Shown: positions 32,756 to 42,085 of the stretch, piece by piece
Position numbering within the stretch: the stretch's first letter is position 1
How the letters are laid out: every line of letters begins with the position of its first letter
Assembly (NCBI GenBank): GCA_963833985.1
Contig: CAWIAD010000002.1
Span: forward strand, 1,216,001 to 1,280,000
Source of the DNA: an uncultured Planctomycetaceae bacterium
GTDB taxonomy: Bacteria > Planctomycetota > Planctomycetia > Isosphaerales > Isosphaeraceae
Length of the DNA stretch: 64,000 bases
Direction: 5' to 3'
Made by a program: the position numbers and the translations under genes
Notes under the pieces: generated by a model
What the model was told of the DNA's origin: nothing
The model's input: only the letters and a program-made list of their open reading frames with translations
Database searches by the model: none

Positions 32756-33137
32756 GCACCCGTTTCCGAGCATGAAGCCCGGCCCGGCCCTCAGGTCTCT
32801 GGTCATCGGGCCGCCGCTCCCAGAGACTGGCCAAGCAGGGCGTGCCCGTATTCGCAGGCGACGGGCGCGTGCACTGACCGGTCAAAGTGTGGCGCTGCGC
32901 CGTTGTCGCGACCGGCTGAGTGCGATGCTCCCATTGCCGAACGGAAAAGTTCGGGAGCCGCGGCCGGCGTTCCATGATTCATTCGGAACGAGTAGTGATC
33001 CAGAGCCTTGACACGGGCGTTCCGGCGCGTTCAAAATCATTTCGCTCAAGTCGGCATCGGAGATTCTCCGGTGCACGGACAACTCTATGTGCACCTCAAC
33101 GGGCCAGCAAATCCTTTCTCAAGGCCGGAGTGACACG

Positions 33138-33464
33138 ATGAGCGAACAAGATCGGATCAAGGACGCGCTCAGCAAGATGACCGAGGATCAGGTCGAGGCC
33201 ATCAGACGTGTATTGACATCCACGTACGAGGAAGGTCCCACGAAGCTCACGCCGGAGCAGATCAAGAGCCTGGCGGCTGAGTCTGCCGAATTCCACAGGG
33301 CACAGAAACAGGTGGCCGAAGCGGTCGGCGTGCTGTGGAACGCTCGTCTCGATCTGGCCATCAAACTCGGAGATCCGGAAGACGTACAGCGTGCCATGAT
33401 GCGACCGGTCGACTTTTACGACAACTGCGACTGCGGTGGCACCGTAGGCACCCAGTGCTGGTGA
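33138..33464 (+). CDS. Candidate RiPP precursor peptide (108 aa; helical leader, Cys/Gly-rich C-terminal core ending in Trp)
   Basis: GGAG RBS 7 nt before ATG; all three Cys lie in the last 12 residues (CDCGGTVGTQCW); directly upstream of SPASM radical SAM genes. Confidence 0.8.
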   Translation: MSEQDRIKDALSKMTEDQVEAIRRVLTSTYEEGPTKLTPEQIKSLAAESAEFHRAQKQVAEAVGVLWNARLDLAIKLGDPEDVQRAMMRPVDFYDNCDCGGTVGTQCW

Positions 33465-33481
33465 CTCATGCTCCTGGCAGG

Positions 33482-33508
33482 TCGCACCTTGCGTAGCGCG
33501 AGGTGAGA
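33482..33508 (+). promoter_or_regulatory. Stem-loop after the precursor gene (mRNA stabiliser or partial terminator)
   Basis: CACCTTGCG-TAG-CGCGAGGTG: 9-bp stem with one G-U pair, extendable; 17 nt after the stop; no U-tract. Confidence 0.45.
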
Positions 33509-33651
33509 TTCTTCAACGGAATGGTGACAGGGCGAGTGCGTCCCCGAGCTTCCTGCGCATGGGACGGCTCGCAACCCGGTCAGCCTCTACGGACTGTCTG
33601 GGACGGAAGCACTCTGTTGATCGAAACTCGACAACCGAGGTGGCGAAGACC

Positions 33652-35037
33652 ATGAACGTAACGACCTGGATGCCATCGCGCTTCAACCTCGCAACTCGGG
33701 ACGCGGACGGTTCCCTGCTGCTCTACAACAGCTACATGGGCGCCTTCGCCCGGATCCCGGAGGCCGAAGTGCCACGGGTCCGATCGGCCCTCGACGGCGG
33801 ATTGTCCGAGGACCCCACTGGCATCCTGGCGGAGCTGTGCATCAACGGCTTCCTCGTACCCGACGGCGTCGACGAATTCAAGAGGGCCGAGGCGCTGCGG
33901 ACCGAGGAGTACACGACCAGCCGCGAATTACAGCTCGTGCTGCTTCCGAACGAGCAGTGTAATTTCCGCTGCAAGTACTGCTCGCAGACGTTTACACGAA
34001 AGAAGATGAAGCGGGAAGTCATTGAAGGTATCGTTGCGCACGTTCGATCGAGAGCTGCGGATCTGTCAGTACTCACGGTCGGGTGGTTCGGCGGCGAACC
34101 ACTCACCGCCATCGAGATCATCGAGGAGGTCGCAGGTCGCTTGCAGACGATCTGTGCAGAGTACGGGATCTATTACTCCAGCAGTATGACCACGAATGGT
34201 TACCTGCTGACGCCGCGGGTCGCGAAGATCCTCTTCCGCGCGGAGGTCCGAGGATTCCAGATCACGCTCGATGGTCCCCAGGAACAGCACGATCGGTTGC
34301 GGGTGCTCGGCGATGGCAAGACCGGCACCTTCAAGACGATCCTCAGCAACCTCAACGCCCTGCGCGACCAGCCGGAAGCGTTCAAGGCGGTCATCCGCGT
34401 CAATTTCGACGCGGAGTCGGTGGATTGCATGGACCCTTTCCTTGATCTGGTGCGCTCCGAGTTCGCTGCGGATTCGAGATTCTGCCTCGATTTCCACCCC
34501 GTGGGAAAGTGGGGCGGGCCCCATGACGAATACCTCTCGGTCTGCGGGATCGACGATGGCCGAACCTACTCGGTGGATCTGGCCAGGAAGGCGGCCGAGG
34601 GAGGGTTTGAACCTTACGCCCTGCGTGAGAAGCTCAAACCGCTTGGCAGCAAGTGCTACGCGGCCAGACCGCATTCGTTTGTCATCGGATCCGACGGGAC
34701 CGTCTACAAGTGTACGGTTGCGCTGGAAGATCCGAGGAATCATGTTGGCCGCATCACCGGCGAGGGCGCGCTGCTCATCGATGCCGACAAGCACGCTCAA
34801 TGGATCGGCACGGGAGACAATGAGGACGCCGGTTGCCATTCGTGTTTCTTCCGGCCGTCGTGTCAGGGGAACGCCTGCCCTTTACATCGAATGAACACGA
34901 GTGAGCGTCCCTGCCCGACGATCAAGACGAATATCGAACAGGTCCTGTACACGATCTCGGCAAGCCATGCCATTAAGTCGGCGGGCCGACGGGCCGAACC
35001 GGTGAAGGAGCCCGCCCATCTCACAGTCGATTCCTGA
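33652..35037 (+). CDS. Radical SAM/SPASM peptide maturase 1 with probable N-terminal RRE
   Basis: CNFRCKYC, WFGGEP, TTNGYLL, QITLDG; SPASM CYAA...GTVYKC and CHSCFFRPSCQGNACP..C; N-terminal SRFN...LLLYNSYMG. Confidence 0.92.
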   Translation: MNVTTWMPSRFNLATRDADGSLLLYNSYMGAFARIPEAEVPRVRSALDGGLSEDPTGILAELCINGFLVPDGVDEFKRAEALRTEEYTTSRELQLVLLPNEQCNFRCKYCSQTFTRKKMKREVIEGIVAHVRSRAADLSVLTVGWFGGEPLTAIEIIEEVAGRLQTICAEYGIYYSSSMTTNGYLLTPRVAKILFRAEVRGFQITLDGPQEQHDRLRVLGDGKTGTFKTILSNLNALRDQPEAFKAVIRVNFDAESVDCMDPFLDLVRSEFAADSRFCLDFHPVGKWGGPHDEYLSVCGIDDGRTYSVDLARKAAEGGFEPYALREKLKPLGSKCYAARPHSFVIGSDGTVYKCTVALEDPRNHVGRITGEGALLIDADKHAQWIGTGDNEDAGCHSCFFRPSCQGNACPLHRMNTSERPCPTIKTNIEQVLYTISASHAIKSAGRRAEPVKEPAHLTVDS

Positions 35038-35041
35038 TTCC

Positions 35042-36088
35042 GTGACTCGCATGGAAATCGCGGACGATGCGACGGCGTCCGGCGCGTCCGGGACCCTGTC
35101 GTCATTCTTCGCGGCGTGGATCGAGCCTTTGTTCCCCCGGGACGAGCAAACGCGGATGCTCGAGGGCTTCGCATTCCTCGTCGACCGAGCCTTTGCCGCT
35201 CCGCTCGGTCCGGGAAGTCGCAGGTCCAATCTCTGTGCGGACGGGACCCCGCTGGAGATGTCGCTGGCGCTTGACAACAGCGGTCGCTGGGCGATCCGGT
35301 TTGTATGCGACGTGGCGGCAGGGTCGACCGCCGACGAGTCGATCGGGTTCCATCGCGCACTTGCGGACAGGGTGATCCCGGACTCCGGTTCACGCGCGGA
35401 GGAACTCGACTGGCTCTTCGGCAAACACCTCTCGGGTGCGCTCGAAAGCTCGCGGTTCCGGGTCTGGTACGGGATGGGCTTTGCTCCTCAGCACATGGAT
35501 GTCGGTAAACTTTATTTCAATACCGAATGGTTGTCGGCGGTCCAGGTGCACGAGATCGCGGCTCGGTTTCTGTCGCCGGAGATGCTCGACGGCCTGGCGT
35601 CGATTCCTTTGCTGAAGAGGGAATCCTACGTCGGCGTCGGTTACGATTTTGACCGCGCAGGGCTACGAAAACTGAAAACCTATGTCAGATTGGCCGGGCT
35701 CGACGTCGCTGCACTCGAGAGCAGCGTGGACTGCCATTGTCGCGGCCGGCAGGGCCGCTTTCGGCAACTCCTGGAGAGGGTAGCCGAGGCCTGCGGTCGG
35801 CCCTACGAGGACAGCTTCGTCGCTTCCGCCGGCTACGTTCCTCGCTGGGGGAAGCGAGAGTTCAAGGTCTACCTCTCGCTGGCGGCCTGGGGCATACGCG
35901 ACTTCGCGGCGACGGCTCCGTTGTTGCAGGCGATTCTCGCCGGCTGGGGATTTCAGGCGGGCACTCTTGACACCTCACCCGGCCCCGCAGGGTGCGTGCC
36001 GACGCTCCTGGCGATCGGCGTGGATGATGATCGAGAGCTGGCGTCAATCTATTTCAAACCCGAGCTGGATCCCGGAGTGTGCCCGTGA
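35042..36088 (+). CDS. DMATS-type (ABBA barrel) aromatic/indole prenyltransferase
   Basis: SNLCADGTPLEMSL (the DMATS DG.P.E.S motif) and repeated K-x-Y strands KLYFN, KTYVR, KVYL, plus IYFKP. Confidence 0.7.
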   Translation: MTRMEIADDATASGASGTLSSFFAAWIEPLFPRDEQTRMLEGFAFLVDRAFAAPLGPGSRRSNLCADGTPLEMSLALDNSGRWAIRFVCDVAAGSTADESIGFHRALADRVIPDSGSRAEELDWLFGKHLSGALESSRFRVWYGMGFAPQHMDVGKLYFNTEWLSAVQVHEIAARFLSPEMLDGLASIPLLKRESYVGVGYDFDRAGLRKLKTYVRLAGLDVAALESSVDCHCRGRQGRFRQLLERVAEACGRPYEDSFVASAGYVPRWGKREFKVYLSLAAWGIRDFAATAPLLQAILAGWGFQAGTLDTSPGPAGCVPTLLAIGVDDDRELASIYFKPELDPGVCP

Positions 36089-36360
36089 TCGTTTCGGCTC
36101 CTCGATCACTCGTCCGAGGCCTTGGCGGCGTTCCATGGCAACTTGAACCTGGAGACCGATGACGCAAGGCATCCTGTACCGGCATAAGATCGCGCGGCGA
36201 TCTGCCGAAGCCAAGGCACCGGGCCATCTGGAGATGCTCGTGGGACGGTGGAGGGAGCCAGGCGCCGGGCGGAGACTCCGCTCGCGGCTTGCCGGGGGTG
36301 GATGAATGCGAGCCCGAACCGTAGTCGATAGGAAGAGCCTTCTCGCTGGGAGTCCGCGAC

Positions 36361-37908
36361 ATGAACGCCGTTCAGGATTCTTCGATCCGCTCCTTCTCTT
36401 ATTCGGGAACGGTCTACGATTTCGACACTGCCACGCTGCGTTTCCTGGCGCGCGATCGGTCGGGGCATCCTGCGGAGACGGCCTGTGGATGCCGGGAACC
36501 GGAGAGCCCCGCCGAGCCAGCGATGCGTCCGGCCGGCATCAACTTCATCACTCTGAACGTGGCCCACGACTGCAATATGACCTGCCCCTACTGCTTTGCC
36601 AAGGAAGGGCTCTACGGCGGACCGCGGCAGCTCATGACGGCGGAGACGGCCAGGCGCTGCGTGGACTGGCTGATCAAGGTCTCGGGGGCGCACTCGGATT
36701 GCTTCCTGCGCTTCCTGGGCGGCGAGCCGCTCCTGAACTTGCCTGTGATGCGCGCAGCCATGGAGTACGCCCTTGAGCAGGGGGCCGCACGGGGCAAGCA
36801 CATCCACTTCAGCGTGAATACCAACGGCACGATCTTCAGTGAGGAGGTTGATGAGCTTTTGCGGAAGTACCGCGTGACTATCTCGATCAGCATGGACGGC
36901 ACGCGGGAGGCCCATGACACGTATCGAGTTTTCCGATCCGGGCGGGGGAGCTACGACACGGTCGTGCAGAACGTCCCGAAGTTCCTTGCGATCGATCCCT
37001 ATGCGATGGTGAACGCCACCCTCACGGCCGACAACGTCGACCTCTTCGAGTACGCCGTGCATTTCCGCAGCCTGGGGTTTCAGATCATCCGGTTCGCGAT
37101 CGTCGGCACCGCGGTGCCTGGAGTTGCCGTGCGTCGCGAGGAATTGCTGGATCGCATCCGGACCAACTATGACCGGCTTGCCGAGTACTATGCTGATGAC
37201 CTGAGACACGGACACATCTGGTACCTGTCAGACTTTTACAAGTATTTCGAGAACCTGCGCTTCCTTCACCCACGAATGAATCGGTGCGGGGCCGGGACGT
37301 CGTACGTGAACATCGACGTGAATGGAAAAGTGCACCTTTGCCACCGCTTCACCGCCGACAAAACTCAGGAAATCGGCGACGTCTCGAATGGCCTGGATCA
37401 GCTCGCGGTTCCCCACGAGATCCGGAGGATGAACCAGCTGCTGCCCATGAACGGCTCGGTCCCCTCTGGCGTGCAGCCGTCCCCGGTTCCGTCGCGAGGT
37501 AATTCCGTCAGCGTCGCGCTGCCGGTCATCGGCCAGGTCTCAGGGGCCTCCTCCTGCGGGAGTCATGTAAGCAGACCGCATGCGGAGGATCCGCTCACCG
37601 CCGTGCATCGCCGGCTTGATGGAGAAGTGATGCTCGAGCAGCGCGGCTCTCTGGCCGGCGGCAATAATCCGTGCTCGATTTGCGACATTCGCTTCTTGTG
37701 CGGGGGCATGTGTTTCCACGATGGGGAAATCCTTCACGGGGACCTGTTCGGCGGTCCGGACGTTTTCAAATGCGAAGTGGATCGACACCTGGCCAAGATT
37801 GCCATCTGGCTCGTCGACCAGATCCACGCGCTGGACGATGGCGTCTTCGCCGAGCTGGACAGGTTGCACCAATGCTCGGCCCAGCGCACCAAGGGCAAGG
37901 AGCACTGA
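36361..37908 (+). CDS. Radical SAM/SPASM peptide maturase 2 (CteB/PapB ranthipeptide-like)
   Basis: LNVAHDCNMTCPYCFA.EG.YGG, FLGGEPLLN, NTNG, SMDG; SPASM CGAG...GKVHLCHRF and CSICDIRFLCGGMCFH..C. Confidence 0.92.
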   Translation: MNAVQDSSIRSFSYSGTVYDFDTATLRFLARDRSGHPAETACGCREPESPAEPAMRPAGINFITLNVAHDCNMTCPYCFAKEGLYGGPRQLMTAETARRCVDWLIKVSGAHSDCFLRFLGGEPLLNLPVMRAAMEYALEQGAARGKHIHFSVNTNGTIFSEEVDELLRKYRVTISISMDGTREAHDTYRVFRSGRGSYDTVVQNVPKFLAIDPYAMVNATLTADNVDLFEYAVHFRSLGFQIIRFAIVGTAVPGVAVRREELLDRIRTNYDRLAEYYADDLRHGHIWYLSDFYKYFENLRFLHPRMNRCGAGTSYVNIDVNGKVHLCHRFTADKTQEIGDVSNGLDQLAVPHEIRRMNQLLPMNGSVPSGVQPSPVPSRGNSVSVALPVIGQVSGASSCGSHVSRPHAEDPLTAVHRRLDGEVMLEQRGSLAGGNNPCSICDIRFLCGGMCFHDGEILHGDLFGGPDVFKCEVDRHLAKIAIWLVDQIHALDDGVFAELDRLHQCSAQRTKGKEH

Positions 37909-38015
37909 ACAGAGGCCCGTCCGCGCCGGCCCGGGGACTTTCCCAACCTCGGTGCAGGTCTCAACGTCAATACGGCTCGTCCTTCACGGGCGGCCCGCCG
38001 GAGGCTCACTCAGCC

Positions 38016-39449
38016 ATGGTCGACTGCGTCCTGGTCTACCCGAACCCGTCTCGCGATAGCCCCAATCGCAACCTGGCGCTGGGCATTCTCTTCGTCGGTG
38101 CGGCTCTCGAGGAGCAGGGCTTCTCCGTCGCCTACATCGACCTGCGCTTCGACACGAGGCAGGAACTCGCCGGCTTGCTGACTGGCGGTGTGCGCGTGCT
38201 CGGCGTCTCCGTCATGACCGGGAACCAGTGCAAGGAAGCCGCGGAGGTACTTCGCATGGCGAAGACCCTCGCGCCCACTGTCCGCACGGTCCTTGGCGGT
38301 GTGCACCCGTCGATGCTGCCACAGGAATGCCTGGATGAACCCGACGTCGACTTCGTCGTCACCGGCGAGGGCGAGCAGACCATGGTCGAGCTGGTCCAGG
38401 CCATCCTCGACGGCACTCACGATTTTGGCGGCATCACGGGGCTGGGGTGGAAAGATCACGGGGAGACGAAGCGGAACCCCGACCGTCCGTTCATGGACCT
38501 GGCAAGTGCGCCGTTCCCGATGACTCCGGCCAGCAGGCGCTTCTACGAGATTGCCGCCCGTACGGGTCACGTCAGTTACTTCACCACGCGCGGCTGCCCT
38601 TTCCGTTGCAGCTTCTGCTACAACCTGGCCTTCAACAAGCGGAAGTGGCGCTCGCTTCCGATGGAGCGACTCGAGGAGGATCTCCGGCGGGTCCGCCGCG
38701 AAGTTCCGTTCGACCACGTCTACTTCGTCGACGATTACGTCGGCCATCGCGTCGAGCGTCTCCGCGACCTGGCCAGCACCATGAACCGCATCCAGCTCAC
38801 CTGGCACTCCTCGATCCGCGTCAACGACATCAGCGCCGAGACGGTGAAGATCCTGGCCGACGGGAATTGCAGGCTGATGCTTCTGGGTGTCGAATCGGCC
38901 GCCGAGGACGTGCAGCAGGGAATCCTCGTGAAGGACTATCGCCAGGGCATCGACGACGTGCGCCGTTGCGTCACGAGCATCGCGCGGACGAATATCACGC
39001 CGCTCTACAGCTTCATGTACAATGTCCCCGGCGAGACGTCCGAGCAGCTCAAAGAGTCATGCGAGCTGGCCGAGTGGATCCATCGCACCGATCGACGGGC
39101 GCGGATCGGCTTCTACGCGTACACGCCCTACCCGGGAACGCCCCTCTATAATCAGGCCCTCCAGTCGGGCTTTCGGCCCCCCTCGCGGCTGGAAGGCTGG
39201 GGACAGATGAGCCTGAGCAACGACCTCAACCCGAAGCTGCGCGACCTCTACTACATCGCCGGACTTCGCTTCCGGGGCCGCAAGGGCGACCGCACGGATG
39301 AGAACTTCCCCGGGCTCCAGCGGCTGCGCATCCTGCCTTTCGAGGCCATTTCACGAATGCGCTGGCGAATGCGGAGTTTCGTCTACACGGACTACGAACG
39401 CCGGATGGTCACCAACATGATCGAGCACGCCACGCGCCGTGCGCGCTAG
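38016..39449 (+). CDS. Cobalamin-binding radical SAM enzyme (class B methyltransferase-like)
   Basis: VLGGVHPS, VTGEGE, TRGCPFRCSFC, YFVDD, GVES, TPYPGTPLY. Confidence 0.92.
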   Translation: MVDCVLVYPNPSRDSPNRNLALGILFVGAALEEQGFSVAYIDLRFDTRQELAGLLTGGVRVLGVSVMTGNQCKEAAEVLRMAKTLAPTVRTVLGGVHPSMLPQECLDEPDVDFVVTGEGEQTMVELVQAILDGTHDFGGITGLGWKDHGETKRNPDRPFMDLASAPFPMTPASRRFYEIAARTGHVSYFTTRGCPFRCSFCYNLAFNKRKWRSLPMERLEEDLRRVRREVPFDHVYFVDDYVGHRVERLRDLASTMNRIQLTWHSSIRVNDISAETVKILADGNCRLMLLGVESAAEDVQQGILVKDYRQGIDDVRRCVTSIARTNITPLYSFMYNVPGETSEQLKESCELAEWIHRTDRRARIGFYAYTPYPGTPLYNQALQSGFRPPSRLEGWGQMSLSNDLNPKLRDLYYIAGLRFRGRKGDRTDENFPGLQRLRILPFEAISRMRWRMRSFVYTDYERRMVTNMIEHATRRAR

Positions 39450-39469
39450 ATGAGAGGGTCGGCACGACG

Positions 39470-42085
39470 ATGATGGAGGACACAACGGAAATCTGCATCT
39501 GGGGGGCCGGCCTGGTGGGCTATTCGCTCGCGTGCGCCCTGGCGGAACGCGGGCGGAAGTGCATACTGGTCGATATCTCCCGGGATGTCGTCGAGCGCAT
39601 CAACGCCGGTGCTCCCCCCCGTTCACTGCATGGTGTGTACGGCTCTCAGCCCCTGGATGCCGGTGTCCGCGGTCGCTTGCGGGCGACGATGGAGCCGTCG
39701 CTGGCACTGTCGCCCGAGCACCCTGTGCACATCATCGCGGTGCCCACGGAGCGTGGGGGCCTGGTTTGCTCGGACCACCTGCGTGAGGTGGTCGAGAATG
39801 TCGCCCGTGCGGAATCCGCGGCGCGTCCGCTCTACTTCCTGATCGAGTCCACCGTCTCCCCCACCTGGATCGATGGCATCGTCCACGCGACGTTCCGAGC
39901 CGCCGGTTGGAGGCACGGCGAGGATTACCACGTTGGCTGTTCACCGCGGCGCGATGTCTTCGGCGATCCTGCTTATGCGATGCAGCAGATCGACAAGGTT
40001 TACGGTGCCGACAGCGAGCAGGGTGCGGAACTGATGCAGGCACTCTACACTCCGCTCTGCCGGGGACTGCATCGGGCGCCCGATGCTCGCCATGCATCGC
40101 TCACGAAGCTCGTGGAGAATCTCTACCGGCACCAGGCGATCCTGCTGGCGAATCGGCTCGCGGCCGCGCTCCCCGGCTTCGACGTCGCGGAGGTGCTCCG
40201 CCTGGCCGCGACGAAATGGAATATGCAACTCTACCATCCCTCCCTCTGGGTCGGCGGCTACTGCGTTCCGCTCGCGAAGGATTACCTGGCGTCCTCGGTG
40301 GAACCGCAATGGAGGGACGATCTCCTCCCGGTCGAGGATATATCAAGGATGGAAAAGTTGTTCCTGGATGCCCTTTTTGCCGGAGCGTCGGGCCGGCGGG
40401 TTGGTCTGCTCGGGCTTTCGTACGCGCCGGGTCTACGTATCGTGGTGAACGCTCCGGCGCTGCGGGTCGTGCGTTACCTGAAGCGTCGGGGCCTCGAGGT
40501 GGCTGTCCACGACCCCTATTTCAGCGAGACCGAGATCCTCGAGCTCGCAGCAGTGCCCAGGTTCGATTTCCCGAGCGAGCTGCGAGACTACGATGACGTT
40601 GTGCTGCTGACCGCGCACGTGGAGTATAGCCGGATCTCCGATCGCGAGCTGGCCGCTCATCTGCCGGCGCGGGCCCGGCTCATCGACAACTGCGGCATCT
40701 GGAGACGGCGCCGCTGGGCGGAGGGGATCCGCTACGTCGAGATTGGCGGGGCGGGCTTTCGCGGCACCGACATGCCGGATGGGCAGGCAATTCAAGCCTC
40801 GGAGATCGAGGCCTCCGACTGCCCCGTCGCGTGCTCACCCGCCAGGAACCGGGCGTACCTGGAGCGGCTCGAGCGGGAAGGTGAGCTGCCAGGGTTTTAT
40901 ACACACGTGGATCGCATCCTCCAGATCGACCGAGACTACCTGCACGCGCAATTCGACGGTGAGCGAATGAATATCCCGCAGCTCGGGGAACGGGTGCGGG
41001 CCCTACGAGGCAAGCCGATCGCCGACCACTCCGACGCCCAGATCGATACCATCTGTGCTCTTGCAGTCTATGGGATGGCGTGGGTGCGGCTCGAATACGT
41101 CGATATGCGAGTGACGATGGAGCGCGCCTGTCGCTACCTCGTGGATACGGCCGAAACTTACAATCGGAACCTCCTGGAGATTGGAGAGGAGCCAGCCCGA
41201 TGGCCGCCGGGATCTCCCTGGTGGAAGATCGCGTCGCAAATCCCGGAGCTACGCGAGCGGATCGACGGGCATTATTTCCGGCTCTCTCTCATCAACGGCG
41301 CGAACTGGTACCGGAGGGAGGTCTTCCTGAGGAAGCAAGAGCTCGAGCCGCAGCCAATGCCCCGGACTCTTGCCGGCGCATTCGCAGCGCATTCGCCGGT
41401 TCCCAGGCTGATCGACGCGAGCGATCCGCACGAATCGCTCCGTGCCCTCACGAGGGCGGTGCTCGAGCGAGATCAATCCCCCACAACTTTGCTGGTGACA
41501 TTGATGAAGGCGGCGACCGAGGACCCTTGCATCGACGCCCACCACACGACACTGCTGTGCCCGCGGGGCACGATGCTGGAACGTCCCTGGGAGATGTCGC
41601 CAGAGGACTTCCTCGCGTACGTCGTGTTCCGCCCGGGGTTCGAGCCGCCGGTCGGCCAGGGCGTGCACGACTTCCGCACGATCCAGAAGGCGATGCTGGC
41701 TCATCACGCGGCGAAAAAAACCAAGCTGGCAAGGCGTTACAAGGCGCGCTACGGCCCTGGCTCGGTGGCGCAGCTTGCCGACAATCTTGGTGATCTGGGG
41801 ATCTACTACAATGAGGACGCGCACCATAAGGGCCACCAGGTTGCCGGCGTCGCGTCCGCCATGCGTTATCTCATGCCCGTGCGGGTGCGGCGCGAGGAAA
41901 AGGAATTCCGGATCGAGGGCCTGACCGACTTCCGGGTCACACGCATGAGCCGGGCGGAACGAGATCGCTTCCGCCTGGAGGACTTCCCGCTGTTCCATGA
42001 CTACGGCGGCTGGGCGCGTACCATCCTGGAGACTGCGTATTCGATGGGCTTCGTCTTTCCCCGAATGCTCGAGAACTGGCGATGA
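39470..42085 (+). CDS. NDP-sugar (UDP-GlcNAc/ManNAc/Glc) 6-dehydrogenase fused to a ~430-aa domain of unknown function
   Basis: GAGLVG, AVPT, IESTV, KLVEN (catalytic Lys), GGYCVP (catalytic Cys), LGLSY, HDP, LTAH; unassigned C-terminal half with EDAHHKGH. Confidence 0.82.
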   Translation: MMEDTTEICIWGAGLVGYSLACALAERGRKCILVDISRDVVERINAGAPPRSLHGVYGSQPLDAGVRGRLRATMEPSLALSPEHPVHIIAVPTERGGLVCSDHLREVVENVARAESAARPLYFLIESTVSPTWIDGIVHATFRAAGWRHGEDYHVGCSPRRDVFGDPAYAMQQIDKVYGADSEQGAELMQALYTPLCRGLHRAPDARHASLTKLVENLYRHQAILLANRLAAALPGFDVAEVLRLAATKWNMQLYHPSLWVGGYCVPLAKDYLASSVEPQWRDDLLPVEDISRMEKLFLDALFAGASGRRVGLLGLSYAPGLRIVVNAPALRVVRYLKRRGLEVAVHDPYFSETEILELAAVPRFDFPSELRDYDDVVLLTAHVEYSRISDRELAAHLPARARLIDNCGIWRRRRWAEGIRYVEIGGAGFRGTDMPDGQAIQASEIEASDCPVACSPARNRAYLERLEREGELPGFYTHVDRILQIDRDYLHAQFDGERMNIPQLGERVRALRGKPIADHSDAQIDTICALAVYGMAWVRLEYVDMRVTMERACRYLVDTAETYNRNLLEIGEEPARWPPGSPWWKIASQIPELRERIDGHYFRLSLINGANWYRREVFLRKQELEPQPMPRTLAGAFAAHSPVPRLIDASDPHESLRALTRAVLERDQSPTTLLVTLMKAATEDPCIDAHHTTLLCPRGTMLERPWEMSPEDFLAYVVFRPGFEPPVGQGVHDFRTIQKAMLAHHAAKKTKLARRYKARYGPGSVAQLADNLGDLGIYYNEDAHHKGHQVAGVASAMRYLMPVRVRREEKEFRIEGLTDFRVTRMSRAERDRFRLEDFPLFHDYGGWARTILETAYSMGFVFPRMLENWR

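Noticed and set aside
33411..33464. Assigning the core to a known class (triceptide via Y-D-N, lanthipeptide, thiopeptide, SCIFF)
   Set aside because: No LanB/C/M or YcaO is present; the rSAMs do not look like XyeB/GrrM/FxsB to me; there are only three Cys. Class left open.
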